This document shows, one piece after another, positions 25,561-33,976 of a stretch of 43,731 nucleotides of DNA. The notes under the pieces were generated by a model. That model saw only the letters and a list, made by a program, of their open reading frames with translations, was not told where the DNA came from and did not search any database. Made by a program: the position numbers and the translations under genes. Source of the stretch: a virus; IMG/VR virus record IMGVR_UViG_3300045988_034292, positions 1-43,731 of that record; one strand, given 5' to 3'. Position 1 is the first letter of the stretch. Each line of letters opens with the position of its first letter.

Positions 25561-27273
25561 ATGATTTCACAAACAATTGCAAAACCAGGATTCACTGTAT
25601 CTAAAGCCTATGGGCTTTGTGGAACATTGGCGCTTGCTACCGCTCTATTGATTGGAGCTGGTGCAGTGTCAGCGGACGAAACAACGGCACCAGTGGTGGA
25701 CGCACAACCAGCCGTGTCTAATGTCTACACTGCCGATAATGCTGGGAATATTACGGTGACACCTAGCGAAACAGTGGCACCAGTAGCTGAAACACCAGTA
25801 TTTACTCCACCAGCACCAGTGGAATCTCAACCGATTGCAGAAACTCAACCAGTAGCAACTACTGTTACTAAAGAGGGAACAGAAATCACAGTTTCTAATC
25901 CAGAAGTTAACGTGACATTCCCTAACGGTACGGGTAAATATAGCCCATTCGAAGTTGAATACAAGGATATCAATATTCCAGACGATATCCCAGTTAACGA
26001 GGGCGACAAGGTGGTTACTGAGCTGCCTAAAGAAATTGGTCTTCAAACATCATTCGACTTTGATGTTTACAACAACGAGAATGTCGTTGGTAAGGCCAAT
26101 GCTGACGCTCAAGCTCGCAAGATCACAACTACTTTTAACAATTACTTCACTGAGCATCCATTGAATAAGAAAATGTCTCTTAAATTCGACGCTAAGTGGA
26201 CTGACGTGGTTACTCCAGGTAAACCAGTGACCGTTAATTTTAACGGGACAGTTAAAAACTTTGAAATTGCTGACGGAAACCCAATTCCAACAGACGAATT
26301 GCTTTCAAAATGGGGTTGGCAAGACAAGAATGATCCACAGATTATTAACTGGACTTTGCGACTTAACACAGCACGCAAGGTACTTAACAATGCAGTGCTA
26401 TCTGATACTTGGTCCAACAATCAACAATTTGTTGACGGTTCACAAAACATCTACTTTGTAGAAGACCCACTCAATTGGACTGTTATCGACCACTCTGCTA
26501 AAGACTACTTGGAGTCTTGGAACGTACGAGCTGACGGTTTTGACGCAAAATTCAAAGAGTTTAACCGCATCATGTACATTGGTTACCAAACTCGATTGAA
26601 AACAGCGGTTAAAGATAGCACCAATCCAACCAATAAAGCTGAGTTGGTAGCGGTAGACGCTGGGGCGAAATCGTCTTCTAAGGTCCAGTTAGTTGGTGGC
26701 CGTGGTGACGCAAGCGGTGAGAATAAACCGGAACCAACTTTCGAGGTGCCAAATTACGCACCTAAAGTTGACATCCCCGAATTTGAGGGCGGTATCCCAG
26801 GTATTCCAGAGGTACGAGAATTGCCGGAATATACTGAGCCAATTGGAACTGTTCCAAATGACGCTCCAGTTTTGGATAAGCCAGAATGGAGTGGCGGCAC
26901 AGTACCAAATGAAGCTCCAGTACATTACAAACCTGAGTTTGAAGGTGGAGTAATTCCGAATGATGCCCCTATCCTCGATTTGCCAGAATTGCATATCCCA
27001 GAGGAACCAACACCAGAAAAACCTAGCGCACCCAAAGAGGTGCCTAGCAAGCCTGTAGACGCTCCGAAATCTAAAGAGGTAGAAACTACCACAGTTAGTT
27101 ATAACCTCGATTCTGAGCCGTCTGAGGTGGCAAACACACCGGTTTACAGTGCGACCTTGCCAAACACTGGTGAAAAAGAAGGTATTGCTAGCACTTTGGG
27201 ATTGGTAGTGATTGCTGCCGGTATCACTGCTTTAACTCTTGGCTTCAAGAAGCACAACGAATGTGAGGAATAA
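25561..27273 (+). CDS. LPXTG cell-wall-anchored surface protein (adhesin-like) carried by the phage
   Basis: 570 aa. It has a signal peptide (...LALATALLIGAGAVSADE) and an MSCRAMM-like stretch (ITTTFNNYFTEHPLNKKMSLKF). Four Pro-rich 17-aa repeats are followed by LPNTG at 27157-27171, a hydrophobic helix and KKHNECEE. Confidence 0.85.
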   Translation: MISQTIAKPGFTVSKAYGLCGTLALATALLIGAGAVSADETTAPVVDAQPAVSNVYTADNAGNITVTPSETVAPVAETPVFTPPAPVESQPIAETQPVATTVTKEGTEITVSNPEVNVTFPNGTGKYSPFEVEYKDINIPDDIPVNEGDKVVTELPKEIGLQTSFDFDVYNNENVVGKANADAQARKITTTFNNYFTEHPLNKKMSLKFDAKWTDVVTPGKPVTVNFNGTVKNFEIADGNPIPTDELLSKWGWQDKNDPQIINWTLRLNTARKVLNNAVLSDTWSNNQQFVDGSQNIYFVEDPLNWTVIDHSAKDYLESWNVRADGFDAKFKEFNRIMYIGYQTRLKTAVKDSTNPTNKAELVAVDAGAKSSSKVQLVGGRGDASGENKPEPTFEVPNYAPKVDIPEFEGGIPGIPEVRELPEYTEPIGTVPNDAPVLDKPEWSGGTVPNEAPVHYKPEFEGGVIPNDAPILDLPELHIPEEPTPEKPSAPKEVPSKPVDAPKSKEVETTTVSYNLDSEPSEVANTPVYSATLPNTGEKEGIASTLGLVVIAAGITALTLGFKKHNECEE

Positions 27274-27278
27274 CAACC

Positions 27279-27599
27279 ATGAAAGAAAACAATAAAAACA
27301 TCGTACTCTACAGCGCTGAAAAGAATGGCTTTCTTACGAGCTATAAAGACAAAGGGAACATAGCGTTTACAGCGACTTTTGATCCCCGACTTTGGAAAGC
27401 GCTACAGCTACCAATCGAACCATACGAAAAACAAAAAGCTGGCATTGACAAGCTTGCTGAAGTGTTTGACTGCGAAGTGCTTATCGTAGAAGCTGAATAC
27501 AACGTAACTAAACTTGACGGCTCGGACTTTGAACGCACGGAGCGTAACGAAGTTACAAGAGACGAAATCGAAGCATTTTTGAGAAAAATAATTAATTAA
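27279..27599 (+). CDS. Hypothetical protein
   Basis: 106 aa ORF, 5 nt after the LPXTG gene stop. Confidence 0.55.
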   Translation: MKENNKNIVLYSAEKNGFLTSYKDKGNIAFTATFDPRLWKALQLPIEPYEKQKAGIDKLAEVFDCEVLIVEAEYNVTKLDGSDFERTERNEVTRDEIEAFLRKIIN

Positions 27600-27644
27600 T
27601 CAATATCAGTAGTGGTGGGAGGGTAGGCAATAAAAAGGTGGTAA

Positions 27645-28511
27645 ATGGCTAAAACAAAAACTAAAGTTTACTTTTGGCTTAAATTCGATAAAAAATTCTT
27701 TGATAACTTGTTTATCAAACGACTAAAGAGCGTGAGCGGTGGTTACGCCATGACAGTTATTTATATCCGTCTCATGCTCGAGAGTTTAGAAACTGATTGC
27801 ATTTTGTATTACGAAGGATATTTTGACAACCTAATTCAAGAGCTAGCACTTAAGTTAGATGTTAGCGAGGATGATGTCAGCATGACAATAGCTTACTTTA
27901 CAAAATGCGGTCTCATACAAATTGACACAGACGGAAACGCTAAGTTCCCACAAGCTGAAGCCTTGCTCGAACAAGAAACAAATTGGGCACAATATAAGCG
28001 AAAAGATCGCAAAATTGGACAAATTCCAACCAAATTGGACAATGTCCAACCGATGTCCAACCAGTGTCCAACAGAGATAGAGATAGAGAAAGAGATAGAG
28101 AAAGAGTCAGAAGAAGATATAGAGTTAAAACAAGAGTTAAACCTAGATATAAAGACAGAAGCAGAAGCAGAGAATAGAAAGCTATCTTCTGCTACTGCTG
28201 ATACATCTGATTTCAATATCTTTGATTACTATCAAAATCGCATTGGTCTCTTAGATGGATTCCAACTTCAACAGATTGAAGCCTATCAAGCTATTGATGG
28301 AATGGAAACAGAATTAATCAAGATAGCCATTGATAAAGCAGCGGACAACTCAAAACGTTCCTTTGGCTATGTTAATTCTATCTTGAAATCTTGGGCACAG
28401 AATGGCATCAAAACAGTCGCTCAACAGAATGAAGAACAACGAAGTTTTGAAGGTCGTAAAAACAATGACGACCAACCTGTTAAATTCGGTCCAGCTTGTA
28501 GCAAATACTAG
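27645..28511 (+). CDS. Replisome organiser / DnaD-domain replication initiation protein
   Basis: 288 aa. The N-terminus is of replisome-organiser type (VYFWLKFDKKFFDN...). An acidic linker follows, then a C-terminal DnaD/DnaB_2-like region (FGYVNSILKSWAQNGIKT). Confidence 0.8.
   Translation: MAKTKTKVYFWLKFDKKFFDNLFIKRLKSVSGGYAMTVIYIRLMLESLETDCILYYEGYFDNLIQELALKLDVSEDDVSMTIAYFTKCGLIQIDTDGNAKFPQAEALLEQETNWAQYKRKDRKIGQIPTKLDNVQPMSNQCPTEIEIEKEIEKESEEDIELKQELNLDIKTEAEAENRKLSSATADTSDFNIFDYYQNRIGLLDGFQLQQIEAYQAIDGMETELIKIAIDKAADNSKRSFGYVNSILKSWAQNGIKTVAQQNEEQRSFEGRKNNDDQPVKFGPACSKY
28012..28074. repeat. Iteron cluster (putative ori) inside the replisome organiser gene
   Basis: AAATTGGACAA occurs twice (28012, 28032). 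(A/G)TGTCCAAC occurs three times with an 11-bp period (28042-28074). They form the palindrome TTGGACAATGTCCAA at 28035-28049. A GAGATA/GAGAAA hexamer run follows. Confidence 0.6.
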
Positions 28512-28522
28512 AGGTGATCTCT

Positions 28523-29305
28523 ATGAGTTTAGAACAAACTGCTAAACAAATGCGAAGGCAGTACATGAAGCCTAGTGATAAATACTGCGACAAGCACCAA
28601 CGACACTATGTCACAATTCAGTTTCCAAACTCAAAGCCCTATACAGTTTGCGAGTTGTGCCATCGTGAGGAACAAGCCAAACAAAACGCCATCAAAGCAC
28701 AGGAGCAGTATGAGCGTGAGCAAGAACAGAAGCGCTTATACTTTCTCAAAGATTTCAGCTTACTGGATGATGACTTGAAAAATGCTAGCTTCGACAACTA
28801 CAAGGCAGTGACCAGAGAGCAAAAAGAGGACTTGAAGAATGTCCGAAGTCAGCTCAGAGGCTATCTGGACGGACAGGAATACAACATCGTTCTAATCGGT
28901 GATACTGGTGTCGGTAAGAGCCATCTAGCTTATTCAGCACTTAAAGCCTTGTCTGATCACACGAAAAAGATGGGGCTATTCATCAACATCGTTGACTTGC
29001 TAGCCAAAATCAAAGAAGATTTCAGTCTTGAAGCTGAATATATCAGACGCATATCTGAAGCTGAATGGCTAGTGCTGGATGATGTGGGCACTGAGAAGGT
29101 GACAGAATGGTCAAACGGTATCTTGTATAGCATTCTGAACAAGCGCACCAAAACTATCATCACAACCAACTTAAGCCCACGGGACATCATGGGGACTTAC
29201 GGCAAGCGTGTTTATTCTCGAATTTTTAAAAAGACAGGACTTGGAACAACGAATGAACATGTATACCAGTTTAAGACACAACAAGACAAGAGGATGATGC
29301 TTTGA
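28523..29305 (+). CDS. DnaC/IstB-like AAA+ helicase loader
   Basis: 260 aa from ATG 28523 (the track ORF starts at GTG 28514). Walker A is GDTGVGKSHL and Walker B is LVLDDVG. There is an N-terminal Cys/His cluster. Confidence 0.8.
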   Translation: MSLEQTAKQMRRQYMKPSDKYCDKHQRHYVTIQFPNSKPYTVCELCHREEQAKQNAIKAQEQYEREQEQKRLYFLKDFSLLDDDLKNASFDNYKAVTREQKEDLKNVRSQLRGYLDGQEYNIVLIGDTGVGKSHLAYSALKALSDHTKKMGLFINIVDLLAKIKEDFSLEAEYIRRISEAEWLVLDDVGTEKVTEWSNGILYSILNKRTKTIITTNLSPRDIMGTYGKRVYSRIFKKTGLGTTNEHVYQFKTQQDKRMML

Positions 29306-29484
29306 CTGAAAAAGAAGTAAAACTAAAGCTCTTTGAGGACTACGAGCGCATTCATGGCCTTGTATTCTCAGAGGAACATAAACAGAAAATGATGGACGAG
29401 TTAGATTTATACTCATTCATCAGCAAAATCAACGAATATATGTATTTTGCTAAGAAATCAACGCAGATTTTTAGTACACACTAG
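29302..29484 (+). CDS. Hypothetical small protein
   Basis: 60 aa with a TTG start overlapping the upstream stop. Support is weak. Confidence 0.35.
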   Translation: MTEKEVKLKLFEDYERIHGLVFSEEHKQKMMDELDLYSFISKINEYMYFAKKSTQIFSTH

Positions 29485-29617
29485 AAAACCCCTCTAAAAT
29501 CGATTTTAAGGCGTGTGTTTTGTTGGGTGGTAAAATAGACTAGAACACCGTTAAAATTGCACCACACCCCCTTAAAATGCGAAATAAGGGTATTTAAATC
29601 AAAAAGGAAGACATGAC

Positions 29618-30373
29618 ATGACAAATCAACTACAAACACAAAACAAAAGGGATATTTCAACAGATACAAGTGCATGGACGTTTCAAGATATCAAACGATA
29701 CTACGATCCACAAGATTTGCTGACAGAAAAACAAGTTGGGCAAGCTTTGTCATTGATTAAAGGCCGAAATCTCAACCCATTGCTAAACGAGGTCTATATC
29801 GTAGCTTACAAAAAGAAAAACGGTGGGGCTGAATTTAGCTTAATCGTCTCAAAAGAAGCATTCTTGAAGCGTGCAGCACAAAACCCAAACTATGAAGGTT
29901 TTGAAGCCGGAGTGGTAGTTGTTGACGATTCTGGTGATATGGTAGAGCGAAAAGGGGCGCTGCTACTGCCTAACGACACGCTCGTTGGTGGTTGGGCAAG
30001 AGTTTACCGCAAGAATTTCAAGGTTCCTGTAGAGGTTTTCGTTAGTCGTGAAGAATACGACAAAAAACAAAGCACTTGGAACGCTATGCCAGCTACCATG
30101 ATTAGAAAAACCGCTCTTGTCAATGCCTTACGTGAAGCTTTCCCAGAGGATTTAGGAAATATGTACACCGAGGATGACGGCGGTGAAACATTCGACAGAA
30201 TTAAGGATGTAACACCACAAGAGACACAAGAGGATGTTAGAGCTCGTAAGTTGGCGCAAATCGAACAAATGAAGCAAGAACAAACGCATTTCCAACAAAC
30301 AAGCGAAAGCAACTCTCAACCGGCTGCCAACTCACAAAACGAGCCAGTTCAAGGCGAACTTCTCGACTATTAA
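29618..30373 (+). CDS. RecT/Bet-family single-strand annealing recombinase
   Basis: 251 aa. It has ...NPLLNEVYIVAYKKKNGG.EFSLIVSKEAFLKRA... and ...MIRKTALVNALREAFPEDLG, which is typical of RecT/Redbeta-like proteins. Confidence 0.75.
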   Translation: MTNQLQTQNKRDISTDTSAWTFQDIKRYYDPQDLLTEKQVGQALSLIKGRNLNPLLNEVYIVAYKKKNGGAEFSLIVSKEAFLKRAAQNPNYEGFEAGVVVVDDSGDMVERKGALLLPNDTLVGGWARVYRKNFKVPVEVFVSREEYDKKQSTWNAMPATMIRKTALVNALREAFPEDLGNMYTEDDGGETFDRIKDVTPQETQEDVRARKLAQIEQMKQEQTHFQQTSESNSQPAANSQNEPVQGELLDY

Positions 30374-30386
30374 CGAGGTGTGAACA

Positions 30387-31397
30387 ATGCAAGAATTACA
30401 AGTTAATATTGAACAAGCCAAAGTTGAGATTGTAGGGCAAGAGGTTTTTGAAAAAGGCATTGCTGATGTAGTTGCTAAATATCAAAATTATACAGTCACC
30501 GCTGGCACTATCAAAGACGACAAGAAAGTCTTGGCTGAATTACGAAAATTAACCAAGCAAATTTCAGACGAACGTATCAAAATCAAGAATGAGTTATCAA
30601 AACCAGCGACGGATTTTGAAAAATATATCAATGAAACAGAGAAACCTCTTAAAAACATTATCGACCAAATCGCAAATGATGTGAAAGAGTTTGAAAATCA
30701 TCAAAAAGCACTGAGATTGGACACGGTTAAAAGTTATTTAGCTAACAAAGCCAGCGAATATATGATTGACCCTCGCATTTTTGATGGAAAAGCAACGGAA
30801 TACATCAAAAATGGCGATTTCATGGCAGACGGTGTAACTCTTAAAAAAGCGACTATGAAGGCATTAGACGACATGGTTACTTTTGAATATCAAAAACAAG
30901 AGGAATTTAAAAAAGCCACTCAATCCATATCCGGACTTTGTTCAGAGTACGGAATGACCGACCAACCGTATATCCGCATGCTTCAAAATCTGACATTAGC
31001 AGAGGTGTTAGATCAGATTCGTTCAGACCATGCTTTTGAATTACAAAAACAAGAAGCTGAACGCCAAAGACAAGAACAAGAAGCGCTACGACAAGCTGAA
31101 TTGCAAAAGCAAAAAGAAAAAATAGCAGAAACAGCACCAACGGCATTAGTTGTTGATTCAGAAACAGGCGAAATTATCGAAAACACGCCAACAATTGAAG
31201 AAGCTAACATTCCAGAATCAAAACGTTATCGCCAAAAAATGACGCTTGAAGTCTACTTTGAAGATTCAGATGATAAAGACAGATTTAAACGTTTACTTAG
31301 CGAAAACGGTTGGGAATACAAACAAAACTACACTGTCAGCGGCTATCAAAACATAGCTAGTATGACCGAAGAAGAATTGAAAGCACATTTAAGTTAA
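30387..31397 (+). CDS. DUF1351-like recombination-module protein
   Basis: 336 aa coiled-coil-rich protein immediately downstream of the annealase. The position and N-terminus resemble DUF1351 phage proteins; this is from memory. Confidence 0.5.
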   Translation: MQELQVNIEQAKVEIVGQEVFEKGIADVVAKYQNYTVTAGTIKDDKKVLAELRKLTKQISDERIKIKNELSKPATDFEKYINETEKPLKNIIDQIANDVKEFENHQKALRLDTVKSYLANKASEYMIDPRIFDGKATEYIKNGDFMADGVTLKKATMKALDDMVTFEYQKQEEFKKATQSISGLCSEYGMTDQPYIRMLQNLTLAEVLDQIRSDHAFELQKQEAERQRQEQEALRQAELQKQKEKIAETAPTALVVDSETGEIIENTPTIEEANIPESKRYRQKMTLEVYFEDSDDKDRFKRLLSENGWEYKQNYTVSGYQNIASMTEEELKAHLS

Positions 31398-31464
31398 CAT
31401 CAAGACCAAACGAGGTTCTAACATTGGACGATTTCTTAAATCGTGAATAGAAGGAGATAAAACC

Positions 31465-31968
31465 ATGATTAATTCGACCGTTCTAGTTGGTCGCCTAACC
31501 CGTGACCCAGAACTAAAATACACGACCAGTAACATCGCAGTAGCTACGTTTAGCCTTGCTGTTAACCGCAATTTCAAGGACGCTAACGGGGAACGTGAAA
31601 CAGACTTTATCAATTGCGTTATCTGGCGTCAGCAAGCTGAGAATTTGGCTAACTGGGCTAAGAAAGGCGCATTGATTGGTATTACTGGACGCATCCAGAC
31701 ACGTAGCTACGAGAATCAGCAAGGTCAACGTGTTTACGTGACTGAGGTTGTCGCTGAGAACTTCCAAATGTTGGAAAGTCGTGCAGCGCGTGAAGGGAGT
31801 AACGCAAGTCAAGGCAATACATCGGGAGCATTTGGCAATGACAACAGCTATGCAGGGCCTTACGGTCAACAAGCACCGCAACAGCAAGGGCCAAACTTTG
31901 CAAGAGAAAGCGGGCCTTACGGGAACTCAAACCCTATGGACATCACGGATGACATGCTGCCATTCTAG
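31465..31968 (+). CDS. ssb: Single-stranded DNA-binding protein
   Basis: 167 aa. OB-fold N-terminus [20 protein letters not shown], a Gly/Gln/Pro-rich tail and an acidic tip DDMLPF. Confidence 0.92.
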   Translation: MINSTVLVGRLTRDPELKYTTSNIAVATFSLAVNRNFKDANGERETDFINCVIWRQQAENLANWAKKGALIGITGRIQTRSYENQQGQRVYVTEVVAENFQMLESRAAREGSNASQGNTSGAFGNDNSYAGPYGQQAPQQQGPNFARESGPYGNSNPMDITDDMLPF

Positions 31969-31976
31969 GTGAAGTT

Positions 31977-32438
31977 ATGAAGATGATTTTAAACATCGAG
32001 CCAAAACCTCAAACAAGGCCACGATTCAGCAAATTCGGGACTTATGAAGACCCTAAAACGAAGGCGTGGAGACGTCAATGCTCTCAACTTATCGAGCAAG
32101 AATATGATGGGCAATTCTATGACGGCCCGATTTCAGTCGATGTCGTATTTTACATGAAGGCTCCATTGAATATTTCAAAAAAGCCCACGCCAAAAGCGAG
32201 AGCTAAAACATGGGACAAGTTTAAGCGGTTTATGGCCGAAAAGCTTTGGCATGCAAAAACTCCAGACGTTGATAATCTGGTTAAATCACTATTTGACAGC
32301 ATCTCAAAAGCCGGATACAACAAAGTGGACAAGAAAGGTATCGTCTGGACGGATGACAGTATTGTTTGCGATTTAAGAGCTCGCAAAAAGTACAGCCCTA
32401 ATCCACGCATTGAATTAGAGATCAAGGAGCTCGGATGA
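31977..32438 (+). CDS. rusA: RusA-family Holliday junction resolvase
   Basis: 153 aa with PDVDNLVKSLFDSI and VWTDDSIVCDL motifs. Confidence 0.8.
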   Translation: MKMILNIEPKPQTRPRFSKFGTYEDPKTKAWRRQCSQLIEQEYDGQFYDGPISVDVVFYMKAPLNISKKPTPKARAKTWDKFKRFMAEKLWHAKTPDVDNLVKSLFDSISKAGYNKVDKKGIVWTDDSIVCDLRARKKYSPNPRIELEIKELG

Positions 32439-32671
32439 ATAGCAGATATAAAGGCAAGCTAGTAGGTGTATACGCTCCAGGGAGTTACGACCATACCAGC
32501 GTGTTAGGTCAAACGCAAGAGTTTTCGAGATGGTTTTGGGAGAATTGCAAGGATATGGATTTAATCAGCGCTAAATTGGGGATTAATACCAAGAAATTAA
32601 ATCGCATCTTGACGCTGGAGCAGTTACCAGACAAGGAGTTACTAGCAAGGATGGTGGAATTATGCAAGTAA
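32435..32671 (+). CDS. Hypothetical small protein
   Basis: 78 aa, start overlapping the rusA stop (ATGA). Confidence 0.5.
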   Translation: MNSRYKGKLVGVYAPGSYDHTSVLGQTQEFSRWFWENCKDMDLISAKLGINTKKLNRILTLEQLPDKELLARMVELCK

Positions 32672-32832
32672 AGGAATACGCCCTCTACAAAGGTGAAGAA
32701 CTACTAGCTATTGGCACCAAGCGTGAGATAGCTGAACAGTTGGGTGTGTCAGTAAATAGTGTTAGTCACTATGGAACGCCAGTGTACGCTCGAAGAACAT
32801 CGGAGAATGGAAGGGGATTAGTAAAGCTATGA
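32662..32832 (+). CDS. Small HTH-like protein (56 aa; not in the ORF track)
   Basis: Hand translation: MQVKEYALYKGEELLAIGTKREIAEQLGVSVNSVSHYGTPVYARRTSENGRGLVKL. It overlaps both neighbours. Confidence 0.45.
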   Translation: MQVKEYALYKGEELLAIGTKREIAEQLGVSVNSVSHYGTPVYARRTSENGRGLVKL

Positions 32833-32987
32833 AATATAAAGTTATCGTCTACTACGACAACATGGAAGACAGCGTGCACGTTTTTCATGATAAGAACGAC
32901 GCGATTAACGAAATGCATAGATTGCGTGGTGTTAAGTACCGTAATTCGAAGAAATATACGGTGGAGTTAGTCGAATGCAGTGGGTAG
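32829..32987 (+). CDS. Hypothetical small protein (52 aa; not in the ORF track)
   Basis: Hand translation: MKYKVIVYYDNMEDSVHVFHDKNDAINEMHRLRGVKYRNSKKYTVELVECSG. ATGA overlap with the upstream gene. Confidence 0.4.
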   Translation: MKYKVIVYYDNMEDSVHVFHDKNDAINEMHRLRGVKYRNSKKYTVELVECSG

Positions 32988-33154
32988 TGAGAGTGGCACG
33001 CAATATGGATGATGTGAAGGAGTGCTATTTCACGGATAAGGAAGAAGCACTAAAACATGTTGAAGCATTGAAAAAGTTAAGCATGGCAGTGGATGATGCT
33101 AATTTCGGATGGGTGTTTGATTGTCCGGGCGTGGAAGTTAAGGAGGTGGAATAG
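32987..33154 (+). CDS. Hypothetical small protein (start uncertain: GTG 32987 or ATG 33005)
   Basis: The open frame ...MDDVKECYFTDKEEALKHVEALKKLSMAVDDANFGWVFDCPGVEVKEVE ends at 33154, directly before GTG 33155. Confidence 0.35.
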   Translation: MRVARNMDDVKECYFTDKEEALKHVEALKKLSMAVDDANFGWVFDCPGVEVKEVE

Positions 33155-33436
33155 GTGGATTTATTAGAATTAAAAAAAGCAGAAGATATTAGACGGCAGA
33201 TTGTAGAATTAGAAAGATTTATCAACTATAAACCGTCACTTTTTGACACATTTATTATTACAAGAAAGCCAAAATTCATGCTGGGAATTAAACGGAGTTC
33301 CCTTTTCGGCGAACACACTATGGAAATAACATCGGTAAATTTATCGGACGCAATCAAAGATGCATTGGAACAAACGGTCAAAAATTTAAAGACACAATTA
33401 GTAGATTTAGGTATTGAGGTTGATGAGGTGGAGTAG
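33155..33436 (+). CDS. Hypothetical small coiled-coil protein
   Basis: 93 aa with a GTG start preceded by aaggagg. Confidence 0.5.
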   Translation: MDLLELKKAEDIRRQIVELERFINYKPSLFDTFIITRKPKFMLGIKRSSLFGEHTMEITSVNLSDAIKDALEQTVKNLKTQLVDLGIEVDEVE

Positions 33437-33440
33437 CACA

Positions 33441-33964
33441 ATGAACAGACTTAAACAATTAAGAGAATCAAAAGGAATGACTCAACAAGAGTTAGCTGAT
33501 TTGGTTGGAGTCACCAAAGGGGCGGTTATCCACTGGGAAAATACGGTTTTAGTAGCGCAGATAAACTCCAAAAGTTAGCTGGTACTTTCGGTGTATCTAT
33601 TTCATATTTGCTAGATTACGATACCAATAACACATTCTCAGAGTTAATCGTCAAAGTCAACGAATGGGCTACCAGTCACGGGTTGGACAAGAGCAATCCC
33701 AAAACTCAATGGATGAAGGTGACGGAAGAAGTGGGCGAGATTAGAGATGTATTTCTGAGACCGTCTGATTTCGAAAACCCAGAATGGTCATTAAAAGATG
33801 CTATAGGGGACTCGATTGTGACGCTGATTGTTCTATCCTTGCAGCTAGGTTACGACGTCGAGGAGTGCCTTACAATCGCATATAACGACATTAAGGACAG
33901 AAAAGGAGTAATGATTGAGGACAACTTTGTCAAAATCAAGAAATCACAATCAGTTAACAATTGA
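33441..33964 (+). pseudogene. XRE-HTH / MazG-like pyrophosphohydrolase fusion gene interrupted by a frameshift at an A4 run
   Basis: Frame A (ATG 33441) encodes MNRLKQLRESKGMTQQELADLVGVTKGAVIHWEN, then stops at 33576-33578. The rest of the HTH (YGFSSADKLQKLAGTFGVSISYLL) continues in the -1 frame, which runs straight into the MazG-like domain. Confidence 0.6.
33608..33964 (+). CDS. MazG-like nucleotide pyrophosphohydrolase domain (the track ORF; see the pseudogene entry)
   Basis: KVTEEVGEIRD...DAIGDSIVTLIVLSLQLGYDVEECLTIAYNDIKDRKG matches the EExxE/D MazG-like helical pattern. Confidence 0.65.
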   Translation: MLDYDTNNTFSELIVKVNEWATSHGLDKSNPKTQWMKVTEEVGEIRDVFLRPSDFENPEWSLKDAIGDSIVTLIVLSLQLGYDVEECLTIAYNDIKDRKGVMIEDNFVKIKKSQSVNN

Positions 33965-33976
33965 GGAGGAAGATTT

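Noticed and set aside
28074-28123. GAGATA/GAGAAA hexamer run considered as a microsatellite or CRISPR-like repeat
   Set aside because: The period is 6 bp, it lies in frame within the replisome organiser gene (acidic linker EIEIEKEIEKE), and it has no spacer structure. It is treated instead as part of the putative ori region.
31513-31972. Three overlapping ORFs (minus 124 aa, minus 82 aa, plus 74 aa) across ssb
   Set aside because: The ssb frame is unambiguous (OB fold plus DDMLPF tail). The others are shadow ORFs.
33530-33545. Programmed -1 ribosomal frameshift joining the HTH fragment to the MazG-like domain
   Set aside because: The zero-frame context TGG GAA AAT does not form an X_XXY_YYZ slippery heptamer, and no obvious downstream stimulatory structure was seen. 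An indel in the A run is more parsimonious.
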